DNA from: Octopus sinensis
Lineage: Eukaryota
NCBI RefSeq assembly: GCF_006345805.1
Contig: NC_042998.1
Span: 170,686,001 to 170,750,000, forward strand
Reading direction: 5' to 3'
Length of the DNA: 64,000 bases
A program made the translations under genes and the position numbers. This document shows, piece after piece, positions 38,720 to 50,601 of this stretch; within the stretch, counting starts at the first letter, position 1; each line of letters starts with the position of its first letter. The notes under the pieces are model-generated. The model was not told where the DNA came from, made no database searches, and saw only the letters and a list, made by a program, of their open reading frames with translations.

Positions 38720-39135
38720 CAGGAGTGGCTGTGTGGTAAGTAGCTTGCTGACCAACCACATGGTTCCGGGTTCAGTCCCACTGCGTGGCATCTTGGGCAA
38801 GTGTCTTCTGCTATAGCCTCGGGCCGACCAAAGCCTTGTGAGTGGATGTGGTAGACGGAAACTGAAAGAAGCCTGTCGTATATATGTATATATATATATA
38901 TATATACGTATGTGTGTGTATATGTTTGTGTGTCTGTGTTTGTCCCTCTAGCATTGCTTGACAACCAATGCTGGTGTGTTTACATCCCCATCACTTAGCG
39001 GTTCAGCAAAAGAGAACAATAGAATAAGTACTGGGCTTACAAAGAATAAGTCCCTGGGTCGATTTGCTCGACTAAAGGCGGTGCTCCAGCATGGCCACAG
39101 TCAAAATGACTGAAACAAGTAAAAGAGAGTAAAGA
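38720..39135 (+). mobile_element. SINE family A, full length
   Basis: ggagtggctgtgtggtaag (A box)..ggttccgggttcagtccc (B box)..ggtgctccagcatggccacagtc..(agagtaa) tail. Confidence 0.85.
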
Positions 39136-39529
39136 GTAAATAGGGGCAAAATATTGTTGCATAGCGTTGTCATCAAAATAGAAGAAAAGAAAAAAACATG
39201 GACAATAAATTAAAGCACAAGACAATATAAACAAATGAACCACACCCTTTTATCAGCTGTTGACTGAAGTTCAAGGTATATTAACAGAATTGCTCACTTT
39301 CAAGGCAGGGCAACATGTATACACAATTAATAAATTAGTTCATATGATTGACAAACAGAACACTGCTCAAATCAGCGAAGTATTAAACAGTAAAGTCTTT
39401 TAACTAGAAAGAAGTCTGTTCTCTTTCTCTCTCTTTCTCCTTACCTACCCATTCAATTCTAATATTCCCACAACGGGAGCAGCAGCTTCCTGTAAGAAAT
39501 GACTCGGATTATGGTGACCTGTCCAGCTT

Positions 39530-39960
39530 ATGCCAATATTGAAAGTAGATGTAAAATATATACCTATATATACACTAGCAGTGTTGCTCAGGTTTGTAAG
39601 GGAAATAACTATATAAGCATTTTTAGAGATGTAAAGTATAATAGCCACCTCAATGTGGCTAACCACAAAGGGGGTGTGTTACTGTAGCTTTTTACGTTCT
39701 GAGATTTAATAATAAATTTTTAGAGAGTTACTTCCCTTATATATGCCAAAAATGCATTAAAATGGGAAAAATTGATAGTAAATTTTTTTTTTAATCATTG
39801 ACTCATCGTAGACGCGCTCTAATACCCAGAAGGGCTCGATATGAATCACGACTATAAGATACCCGGTTTTGGTTAAACTGCACCGCAAAATGTGGGAGTA
39901 GTTAGGAATCTAAATCGTAGGAGACAGACAGCACACAACCTCTCTTTTATATATAAAGAT
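39530..39960 (+). mobile_element. Probable non-autonomous Helitron/Helentron (DINE-1/HINE-like) element
   Basis: actagcagtgttgctc.. near the start and gacagacagcacacaacctctcttttatatataaagat at the end resemble HINE-type termini; no ORF. Confidence 0.45.
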
Positions 39961-39984
39961 GTCATAATTTTGTGTGGATATCTC

Positions 39985-40652
39985 TTTTACTTGTTTCAGT
40001 TATTTGACTGTGGCCATGCTGGAGCACCACCTTTTTAGTCAAGCAAATTGACCCCAGGACTTATTCTTTGTAAGCCTAGTACTTATTCTATCGGTCACTT
40101 TTGCCGAACCGCTAAGTTATGGGGACGTAAACACACCAGCATCAGTTGACAAGCAATGTTGAGGGGACAAACACAGACACACAAATATACATACATACAC
40201 ACACACATATATATATATATATATACACATGTATACAACAGGCTTCTTTCAATTTCTGTCTACCAAATCCACTCACAAGGCTTTGGTCGGCCCGAGGCTA
40301 TAGTAGAAGACACTTGCCCAAGGTGCCACACAGTGGGACTGAACCCAGAACCATGTGATTGGTAAGCAAGCTACTTACGAAGGCGGCGAGCTGGCAGAAA
40401 CATTAGCATGCCGGGCAAAATGCGTAGCCGTATTTTGTCTACCGTTACGTTCTGAGTTCAAATTCCGCCGAGGTCGACTTTGCCTTTCATCCTTTTGGGG
40501 TCGATAAATTAAGTACCAGTTATGCACTGGGGTTGATGTAATCGACTTAATGTCTTAGTCTGTCCTTGTTTGTCCCCTCTATGTTTAGCCCCTTATGGGC
40601 AATAAAGAAATAAGCAAGCTACTTACCACACAGTCACTCCTACAGGAATATA
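39985..40652 (-). mobile_element. SINE family A, head interrupted by a family B insertion
   Basis: Family A sequence stops at 40378 and resumes at 40611 (taagcaagctacttaccacacagtcactcc). Confidence 0.85.
40379..40610 (+). mobile_element. Full-length SINE family B with 16-bp TSD, nested in family A
   Basis: TSD taagcaagctacttac at 40363-40378 and 40611-40626. Confidence 0.9.
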
Positions 40653-40693
<41 letters not shown>

Positions 40694-40741
40694 CCTCTCT
40701 ACACACAGATATTACCCATCAAACATACCTCTACCTATATA

Positions 40742-40957
40742 TTTCTTTACTACCCACAAGGGGCTAAACAAGGACAGACAAACGGATTAAGTCGATTACA
40801 TCGACCCCAGTGCGTAACTGGTACTTATTTAATCTACCCACGAAAGGATGAAAGGCAAAGTCGACCTCGGCGGAATTTGAACCCAGAACGTAACGGCGGA
40901 CGAAATACGGCTACGCATTTCGCCCGGCGTGCTAACGTTTCTGCCAGCTCTCCGCCT
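40742..40957 (-). mobile_element. SINE family B
   Basis: Reverse complement of 40379-40610 with an internal deletion near the tail. Confidence 0.85.
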
Positions 40958-41319
40958 TATACTCCCATCTCTATACATACCTCTACCTATACTCCCATCT
41001 CTTACTCTCTCCTCCTCAGTCCTAACCCACTGTCTGTATCCTCTCTTACACTCACCTTCATGTCCCTTGCAAGTTTACTCTGGCACTCCATCACTACCAT
41101 CTTAATCTCCTTCCCAATTATTCCCACCCACCTCTACATGTATTTCCTCTATAGCAAGACACTTGTGCATGTCCCTCTAGCCTCTCATCACTAAGCATAA
41201 AGCCACCTCCCACTTCCAAATATTCCTCACATCTAGCACTGGGAGCTTTTTCCGCTTGCCCTGTTCTTTTTCTGTGTTGCAAGTTACTAGGCAATCTCAC
41301 TAGTACAAGTGGAACAAAA

Positions 41320-41890
41320 CAAAAAAAAGGCACCAGTACAAACTGTAGAGTGGTTGGCATCCAGATAATAGAAACAATGCCAAAGCTGACACTAGAGCTT
41401 AGCACAGCCCAGTGGCTTACCAGATTCTGTCAAACCATCCAATCCATGCCAACATGGAAAGCAGACATCAAATGATAATGACGATATGCAAGTATTGCTT
41501 TATGGTTTAGAAGTTTGCTTCTTAACAATGTGTTCTGGGGCTTGGTACCACTGCATGGCACACACATATCATCGTTTAACGTCCGCTTCCCATGCTAGCA
41601 TGGGTTGAACAGTTCAACTGGGGTCTGGGAAACCAGAAGGCTGCACCAGGCCCAGTCTGATCTGGCAGTGTTTCTACGGCTGGATGCCCTTCCTAACACC
41701 AACCACTCCATGAGTGTAGTGGGTGCTTTTTACGTGCCAGACGAGGCTGGCAAACGGCCACGATCGAATGGTGCTTTTTACGTTCCACTGGCACAGAGGC
41801 CAGTCAGGGCGGCACTGGCAACGGCCACGTTTGGATGGTTCTCTTACATGCCACCGGCACTGGTATCACAGCTACAATTTCCATTGATGT
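41320..41890. mobile_element. Two RTE 3' tails, tail to tail (+ 41320-41490, - 41570-41890)
   Basis: ..ccatgccaacatggaaagcagacatcaaatgat (+) and catcgtttaacgtccgcttcccatgctagcatggg (-). Confidence 0.7.
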
Positions 41891-42319
41891 TAATCGATTT
41901 CGATTTTGATAGATAAATTTGTAGTACAATATATGGATTCATAGAATCCTGTGGCAATCACAGAAAGCTCCTCTGGTGGACTGGGCTACATACCACATAG
42001 TAATCCAATACAGAGTGTAATGTAGAGTCCTATGCAGCTGAAATCCAGTAGATCCAGTCTATGAAATTATTCCATGAGGAGTATATAGATCATAAAAGTC
42101 AGAAGGTATGAGAGGTGAATATATTTAACCACTTAATATTTGTGTCATATTTGATAATATATATATGTTTTAGTTTCTATCATTGAAAGTTTTTAGTCAA
42201 ATGAACTAAGCCCAGCACTTACATTTGTTAAAGTCTGGTTCTTATTCAATCAGTTTCTTTTGTCAAACCGCTAAGATACAAGGATGTAAACAAACCAACA
42301 CTTGTGCCCAGCCCTTTAT

Positions 42320-42545
42320 ATATATATGTATGTATATATATATGTTTCCTTCTCAAGACATGCCAGGCTCATGAGGGCTGGTTTTCCAGTTTCCATAGCG
42401 CATACATTCCACACCTCGGCAGGACACCAGTCCGTTGCAAGATTACTCATTTTGGCTCAAGAAAACACTTCACCTGGTCCAGGAATCGAAACCACAATCT
42501 TACGATCATGAGTCCGACACTCTAACCACTAAGCCACGCACCTCA
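42320..42545 (-). mobile_element. SINE family C with well-preserved tRNA-derived head
   Basis: Minus: gaggtgcgtggcttagtggttagagtgtcggactcatgatcgtaagattgtggtttcgattcctggacc; no acceptor stem. Confidence 0.8.
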
Positions 42546-42619
42546 ACACATATATTCTTTAAACACATCAAACCTAAGGCTGTGACTATGCTGGAGCACC
42601 ACCAGTGATATATATATAT

Positions 42620-43170
42620 ATAAATTAAAGAAAAACCACTATTATGCAATTCAAACAATGAAAGACGTAAATCATACCATATAGAAAAAAATAAAATATA
42701 CGATAAAAACATTTACCTAGATCACAATAAAGTACATAAAAATAAATAAATAGTATGTAATTAGTAAATAGACTACATATGTTTCGTTGCTATATCTTCA
42801 ATTCAAATTACAATTAAATTTAAATTTAATCGATAGTCACTCCTCAGGCCAACAATAACAAAAATAGTTAAATAGATACATATTTTTAATAAATCATCAA
42901 ACAGAATTGAACAATATTTCTTAAAGAAAAAAAAACATGATTCTTATAGAAGAAATTCCTTTAACTAAAGTGGTCCTACTTTTTAAGTTTAAAATTTAGT
43001 TAACGGAAAATCTTCTATAACAAGAATGTTTTTATTTCTTTAAGAAATATTGTTTAATTCTGTTTGACTATTTATTAAAAATATGTATTTATTTACTAAT
43101 TATATAGTCTATTTACTAATTATATATTATTTATTATGTACTTACTGTGATCTAGACAAATGTTTTTATC
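42620..43170. mobile_element. AT-rich fold-back element related to 18190-21410 (arms 42702-42969 and 42995-43170)
   Basis: gataaaaacatttacctagatcaca vs tgtgatctagacaaatgtttttatc; inner ttaactaaa/tttagttaa; start aaaccactattatgcaattcaaa resembles aaaccaccttttatcaattcaaa at ~18201; right arm ends at the (ATC)n tail of an RTE. Confidence 0.7.
42769..42852 (-). ncRNA. Minimal type-I hammerhead motif (HHR-D), intact core, GUA site
   Basis: Minus: TTGGC-CTGAGGA(42847-41)-GTGACTAT..ATAGCAAC-GAAA(42785-82)-C ATAT G-TA^GTCTA; predicted cleavage between 42774 and 42773; stem II has a 2x2 mismatch relative to HHR-A GTGGCTAT/ATAGCCAC. Confidence 0.6.
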
Positions 43171-44860
43171 ATCATCATCATCGTTTAACGTCCATTTTCC
43201 ATGCTAGCATGGGAAGCCAGGAGGCTGCACCAGGCTACAGTCTGATCTGGCAGTGTTTCTACAGCTGGATGCCCTTCCTAACGCCAGCCACTCCGTGAGT
43301 GTAGTGGGTGCTTTTTACGTGCCACCAGCACAGGTGCCAGGGAAGGCTGGCAACGGCCACGAATGGTTGGTGCTTTTTACATGCCACCTACACAGAAGCC
43401 AGTCAAGGCGGCGCTGGCATCGGCCACATACGGATTGTGCATCTTATGTGCCACCGACACAGGTGCCAGGGGAGGCTGGCAATGGCCATGAACGGTTGGT
43501 GCTTTTTATGTGCCACTGGCACGGAGGCCAGTCAAGGCAGCGCTGGCATCAGTCACGTACGGATGGTGCATTTTACATGCCACCGGCATAGGTATCGCAA
43601 CCACAATTTCCATTTGATTTCTGATGCTGACGTACTTGACTCAAAAGGTCTCCTTAAGCACAGCAGGTTGTCCTACGATCCAAGGCACTTTGGAAAGGCT
43701 GGGGCTTCTATGTGAAGCTGGTGCAAGAAAGAGCCATGAACTCACATTACTTGTCGGGTCTTATTCTAGTGGTAACACTCTCAGAGCATCCACCCCCACC
43801 ACTAACTTGGTCACCTAGGTAGCGGAAACTATCAAGTACTTCTAGTTTCTCCCCCAGGAGCGTAATGGAATTTGTTTTCTGTCCCTGTGCATCTGCCACA
43901 CACAAAAGCTATCTTCTCGGTTAATTTTCCTTTGATGGTGCTGCACATCTTATGTGTCCATAGCTTACACTAGGTACTCTTATGGAGTTTCTACCTACAC
44001 CTTTTCTACAGATCAAGCAGGGTCACCTACCTGAAGGGGTGTGTGGTGTGTTTGCCTTCCTACTTACTAGGACTTTGGTTTTTGCTACATTGACTCTCAA
44101 GGCCTATTGATTCTAAACCTAGCTTCCACACCCGTAATTTCTTTTCTAGTTCCGGTAGTGATTCTGCTGAGGACCAGGTCGTCAGCATAGAGGAGCTCCC
44201 AGGGGCAACCCGTCTTAAATTCCTGTTATTGCCTGGAGGACTATGATGAATAGAAGGGGACTGAGGGCTGAAATTTGGTGGACCCCTACTTCTACCCAGA
44301 ATTCTTCACTATACACATTGCCAATCCTAACCTTGCTGACAGCCTCTCTGTATAGGGCCTGTACAGCCCTTATTAACCATTCGTCTATCTCCAGTTTCCG
44401 CATCATCCACCAGATAAGGATCGGGGAACCATGTCAAAGGCTTTCACCAAGTTCACAAAAGCTATGTAGAGGAGTTTATCTTTAGCTAGGTATTTCTCCT
44501 GCAGTTGTCAAACCAGGAATATGTTATCAGTGGTGCTTCTACCTGGCACAAAACCAAACTGCATCTCATCTAAGCAAACTCTCTCCCTAATGAGATGGGC
44601 TATGACCCTCTCTGTGACCTTCATCACCTGATCCAACAGCTTAATACCCCTGTAGTTTTTTCTATCTAGAGCATCACCTTTGCGAACTACCTGGTTTACA
44701 ATGTGACTAGATGTTTTAAGAATCTCAGCAGTAATTCCTGATGGGCCGGGGGGCTTTTCCTGGTTTCAACCCTTAATTGCTTTAACTATTAGGGAGCTGT
44801 CTATTCGGATAGCTGGTCCCTCTACTGGGTCAACATTTGGCAGGCTCTCCTCCACCGATT
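43170..44860 (-). mobile_element. RTE LINE, 5'-truncated, with internal deletion and tandemly expanded 3' UTR
   Basis: ORF 44215..44406 (DEWLIRAVQALYREAVSKVRIG..VEVGVHQISALSPLLFIIVLQAIT), CPWELLYADDL at ~44180-44210, QFGFVPGRSTTD; (GAT)n tail at 43168-43182. Confidence 0.85.
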
Positions 44861-45039
44861 TACGTCTATCATTGTTTGAATTGCATAATAGTGATTTTTG
44901 TCTATCACCATCATCGTGTAACGTCCACTTTCCATGCTAGCATGATATATATATATATATATAAATGTCTTGCCAACAACTTGCACGTGCAAGTGCTACC
45001 AGTCAAAAGCTCCGTATACCGGAAGCCAATAAGTGTATG

Positions 45040-45420
45040 GGGTCATTAGGAGAGAATGCACGCCGTTTCGGGGCCTACCTCTCGACGGCATCAAACGCAC
45101 CGGCCCCCCTTGCTAGATCAGCTGGTTATGAAGTTAAACTCAATATACTTCTAGCCATCGCTCATCGTCTCTTTTTAACCAAATCCAGTGGCTAGCCTTC
45201 TCCACTGTAGATTGGGTATTAGTCATGGTGGTATTGACTTTACGATGAGTTAGGCCTAGCGATAGCAGTCGTCTCACGGTGTCCAACAAACCCTCTACAT
45301 CCGACTTCAATAGGAAAATGTTCTGCTTTCCAGCCTGTGTCTTCACATTCCTTGAGGAGGTTTACATAACGGTTCAATTTTCGGCGTCCATATTATCTTC
45401 TTGTGAAATTTGATTTAATA
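45040..45420 (-). mobile_element. HERO/R2-superfamily RLE non-LTR retrotransposon, C-terminus and 3' UTR
   Basis: Minus (frameshifted): FPIEVGCRGFVG then VRRLLSLGLTHRKV..VEKASHWIWLKRDD..* (ORF 45140..45346). Confidence 0.65.
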
Positions 45421-45669
45421 CTAAATTGAATATTTCACTGTAAGCTTGGATTTATACTCCCTAATATTATAATAATATATATACATACATACACACACAC
45501 ATGCTTCTTTCAGTTACTGTTAACCAAATCCACTCACAAGGCTTTGGTGGATCTAAGACTGTGGCACAAAGCCCAAAATCATGCTTTGCGAAGCAAGCTT
45601 CTTAACCATCCACTCAGCCATGTTTACAGCTAAACATACTAAGGTCTCATAGAGATTATATATGTATGT

Positions 45670-46030
45670 GCAATTATGTATATTTGTTTCAGTCATTGGA
45701 CTGTGGCCATGCTGGAGCACCACCTTCAAGCGTTCTAAGTGAAACAAATCAACCCCAGGACTTATTCTTTGTAAGCCTAGTACTTATTCTATCAGACTCA
45801 TTTGCCGAACTGCTAAGTTATGGGGACACAAACACACCAGCAACAGTTGCCTAGTGGTGACAGAGGTTCAAAACACATACGACGGGCCTTTCAGTTTCTG
45901 TCTACCAAACCCATTCACAAAGCTTTGGTTGGCCCGAGGCTATAGTAGAAGACACTTGCCCAAGGTGTCATGCAGTGGGACTGAACTCAGAACCATGTGG
46001 TTGGAAAGCAAGCTTCTAACCACACAGCAA
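45670..46030 (-). mobile_element. SINE family A
   Basis: ggccatgctggagcaccacc..gaggctatagtagaagacacttgcccaagg..gaaccatgtggttgg. Confidence 0.8.
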
Positions 46031-49000
46031 GGCATCTTTATTTGATGTCCATGGTACATACTGGCATGGGTCAGATTGTTGGATCCATCAGATCCCTTGG
46101 TATTTGATGGTTGCAGGAACTGCATTGTGTTCCAGTGACTGCTTTTGCATGATTTTCCTAATGCCAACCACTTTAGTGCATAAAGTGATCTTTTATCATC
46201 TGAAATCAAGTGTTGTGTCATCATAGTCTATTCAAGTAGGGAGCTGTTGATTGGGACATGTCTAGGTATAGGTGGTTTGTCAAGTATCCCTTGAAGAAAT
46301 TTGTCTAGATCTTCTTTGAAAGTCACAGCATCTTTGATTTACTTTGGGATAAAATCAAATCGAGAAAAACCATTCAAGACAAAGAAACTGTACTACAAAG
46401 TGGTTATATTGAGCTTGATTTGTGTAGTCTTTAACACAGAATATAGAAATGGCAATATATGTAGTGATACTTAGTAACATTTCTTACAGCAGCAGAATAA
46501 TACACTAGATAGAGAGTAATTGAGGAATGATAGGATGATGTTAAAAGTTATGTAAGGCGAGTGAGATGGTTATCAACAAGAATGGGAATTGGTCAATAAG
46601 GAGTAACAGATGTTAATAGCAAGTGGAGGAGAAACCTAGTTGTCATGATAGGTGAGAAGGATGAAGCAGAAATTGTAGATTTGGCAAGAACTCAGTACGC
46701 ATTGTAAGCCTGTCACAACATGCTAATGTAACTGGGTAGATATTTGAGCACCGAATATCAACTATTTCTTCAGTTTCAACACCTACTTCTGCAGGTTCCT
46801 TCTACTGTGAAGGTTTTCCATTTTTCTTATACAACTATACTTCTACATTACACTTCACATGCCAAAACCCCAAGTTTGCACATCGCATTCCACCTATACC
46901 CTTAACACATAAGCTATCAACCATATACATTGATACTGAACATACAGCAACATGCTTGCTGCCTTTCTTTCTAGTTTTCACAGGTCCTCTAAACATACTT
47001 TTCAAAACTATGCAGCCTGGCACTTCATAAACAAGCATCATTGTCTCTGAGCAAAAGGCCTTTGCTAGTTCACTCTCCCTCCTTACCCTGGCTACTGTAC
47101 TTACAGAACCTCCTGCTAGTTATGTAGAGAACTTCAGGGATCTTCCTGTGCTCGTCTATTGCTTCGCATCTGCCACTGTATTTTGCAGTTAACCTTCCAA
47201 TGTCTCCACTGCACCATATCTATAGATTGCACTGGTTACACTCATAACTACGCCTTTCCTATAAATCAAACCAGGCTAGCTACCTGAAATAAGCATACTA
47301 CTTTCTAAAAACTCGCCTTTGAGGCACCTTTATTTCAGGTTTTGTATCCATGTCTGAAACTTCTTTTCTAATTCTAGTTCTCTGTGATCACTTGGCTGAC
47401 TGATAACTAGAGCCCAGTGGAACCTACCTGCACACTAAATCAATCAATGTACTTCCTCTCACCAACTTTGCACTTTCTACAAGCCATGACCACTAGCTTC
47501 AACTCACGATATGGCCAGACATAACAGTGACCTTTAGCAGTTGTCTCAGTACTGCTTCCTGGTAGTCTCACAGGATATCAGATAAGCTAATTCTCTCAAT
47601 CTTTTTCTTAGACTTTCATAGCATTGCACTTCCTTGGTTCACCTGTAAAGCCTATTACCAGGAATTGCTTTTACCTCAGACAATATTGGTTAAGAGACTT
47701 GCTGTATGAACAGCTTCTTCCTTGGAAAGTAGAAGTTCCAGGTGCATGTATAGTCAATCCTGAAGGAGGCCTTACAGATTTGTGTATATTATGCATGTGT
47801 GCCTATTTATTATTCTGCTTGTTCCTGAAACAAATAGAATAAAAAATATGCACACCTATATACCAACTAGTACTAGAATGTCTGGTACATAACAGTGCAT
47901 GTTAATAGACTAGCTCTGGGCCACACATGATCTAAAGCATTTTTCAAGTATGACCTCTTCTTTACCTTACAAAATAATCTTCAGCATGGTATAATTTGAA
48001 GATTTGGCTGAAATTTCCAGTAAGAAGCAACTTTGAGCAGATTACCTACAGTTGTGTAATTTACCATTGGGCTAATTTTTTAACTATTTGGAAATTTAAA
48101 ATTTAACCTTTTAGCATAAATGTAATCCTTATTCTCATTTTAAATTAGCTATCCATTACCTTGTAGCCTCGAGATTTTGATGCGATTTTTTCTTTTAGAA
48201 TGACATCATTGGGCCAAATCTGGCCAGTTAGAATGTGTGGGCTAGATTAAATGCTAAAAGGTCATCTCCACTAATCAACATTTACATATAAATTTGTAAA
48301 TAGAGAGGAGCAACACTAAGAAAAATCTCTCTAGCTGAAAGAAATCTTAAATTCAAACTCTTTGTTCCGAAATTTACCCCTTTGGTACTACCTTCTCTGC
48401 TGAATAAGCAACTGTAACAAATGTTTCCTTTCAAATCCTACTAGACAATCTAAGGAAGGAAAAAGCACTGGACAATTGCAAATTTGAGGACTTCCTATCA
48501 TACGGTTAGGTCCAACTAGTGTATTGGCAATTCACATGTTGCACTAACTCCAGTTAATTACCTGATGAAGTAGCTGTAGGACAATCAAAGATTTCTATTT
48601 GCGAACATTAACTGTATAGCAAGGATATTTTCTTGAAAATTTAGCTGTTATATCTAGCAACTGTAGATGACAAGTAGGGGAAATAGCATTTTCAGAATTC
48701 AACTGGAACAGTAAAATGCAGTAGTCCTGACCAAGACAAAGTACAACTATCTCTTTTGTATGTAACTGACTGCTGCTCAGGTCTTTCTTTTGGATGCAAT
48801 AGTGTGATATGACTGCTAGTTCTAGGCAAATTAAGAAAATACCTGTATTTGAATAGAAACTGATGTATACAACTTTTGAATCCAAATAAACAGGCGAAAT
48901 GCAATATACCTCAGTTATTGCTACTTAATGTGTAACCTGTGCATATCATTCTTGTGCACTGCTTTGTTTCCGCTGTATAAAAATAATAACCAAGCTCAGG

Positions 49001-50595
49001 ATAGAAATCTACAGCCAACTCAATCTACAGTCCATGAAAAAGTATAACTCCCTTATTGACAATTTTAATTTTGTAAAGTTATTAGTGGTGTAAATGCCAA
49101 AAGTATGTATCCAAGACAAGAGGTCTACAATTATAAGTTATGCATAAACATGTATTTTCTAAATTGTTCTCATTGTGCATTACACGAGAGCCACATGCAG
49201 TTCATATAGCATCCAGATAAAAACCCCTACATCACTCCGTTTTTTGCTAATGGTGACATGGGTTAAAAACCAATATCGTGGCAAGATGCTGTTCCTGACA
49301 TTAAAGTACATAACACTGTACTTTTCAGCTCAAGCACTTTTCAGCTCAAAACTGTAAAGTAGACTTGAATAAATGTCGGTTATTCCTATAGGTAATTGAA
49401 TTATATAAATGTGTAATATACCATTATCCTTTAGTTCTGAATTGAAATCTGACAAACACTAAATGAAACAAAACATTCAGGGCAAACTCATTTGTATCAG
49501 TAAAGTGGAATAAATTATTTTGCTGCAAGGAAGATTACACATTGAGCAGAATTCTTTGAAAAGAATTACCACTAGTGACAATCATATTTGAGCTAATAAA
49601 TACTGAATATTCTCCCTGCCCCATCATGTATTCCAGTAATACATGACAAAGTAACTCTTCTACAAATGCTTGTGTATGGATGATTTTGCTAGCCTTGTAA
49701 CAATACTTAAGAACTTCCCTTAAAAAATAGATATCCACCTCTAACTTTCATATAGTTCAATTATAAAATTCATGGCAGTACCAAAATTCATCTAAATCTC
49801 AAATGCCTTTAATCCCAAGTTTGAACAATGTACTATTGCTATAATAGGATGAATTTTCCATCATAACATCTTGAAAGCTATGTGGATCAAGAATGTATAC
49901 ACTTGATGCCATAACATTTAAACTATATCTAAGGCAGAGGCAGTAGGCACCTCACATTGTAGACTAGTGACAATCAAGCATAAAGTTCAAAATAATATAA
50001 AAGTGTACACTTTGAAAAATTTGAGCTGAAATACCTTGTCAGAATCAGACCAGTGTGTGTACATGTATTTAAACATATACACACACATTTCACATCCTAA
50101 CTAGTGACCCGTCAGAAACCTTCAGAAGAAAATGCAACTTAACAGCAGCTAATTAGAATAAAGTCAATACTAATAAGGACAAAAATCATTTAAAGTAACT
50201 GTCACAAAATCTTAAAGTGAAAACTCAGAGTAAACTTCCATTACAACTCACAGAAAAGACCCTAATAAAAAAAACCAGCTAGACAACCAATTTACATTCG
50301 ATACACCTTCATATCATCTATGCCAGCATTTGAAAAATGCATTAAAGGAAATTCCTGAAAGAAAACATTTCAAGTCTACTTACAACACCAAGCTGTTGCT
50401 TAACTGGATTGAATATTGCGAACACAGGAGGAATAAAATACTTTGAAAAAGTTTTTAAAACATTTGAATATATTACTTGAACATCTCGTAGATGAAAGGA
50501 AAATTGTAGATAACAAAAACAATGGTTAGCAGAATTAATCTTTAATTTCATCAAATTACTCAGAAATCATCCAACACCGTTGTCGCATCGAACGG

Positions 50596-50601
50596 TTTAT
50601 T
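50596..50601 (-). terminator. Candidate distal poly(A) signal of SET (3' UTR ~1.5 kb)
   Basis: AATAAA on minus; more proximal candidates at 51838-51843 and 51685-51690. Confidence 0.35.

Noticed and set aside
42470-42545. tRNA-like sequence with a CAT anticodon-like loop (minus)
   Set aside because: A and B boxes are present but there is no acceptor stem and it continues into SINE family C body; a SINE head, not a tRNA gene.
48555-48620. CTGATGA..GCGAAC hammerhead-like string
   Set aside because: GAAA incomplete, and no stem III or NUH site.
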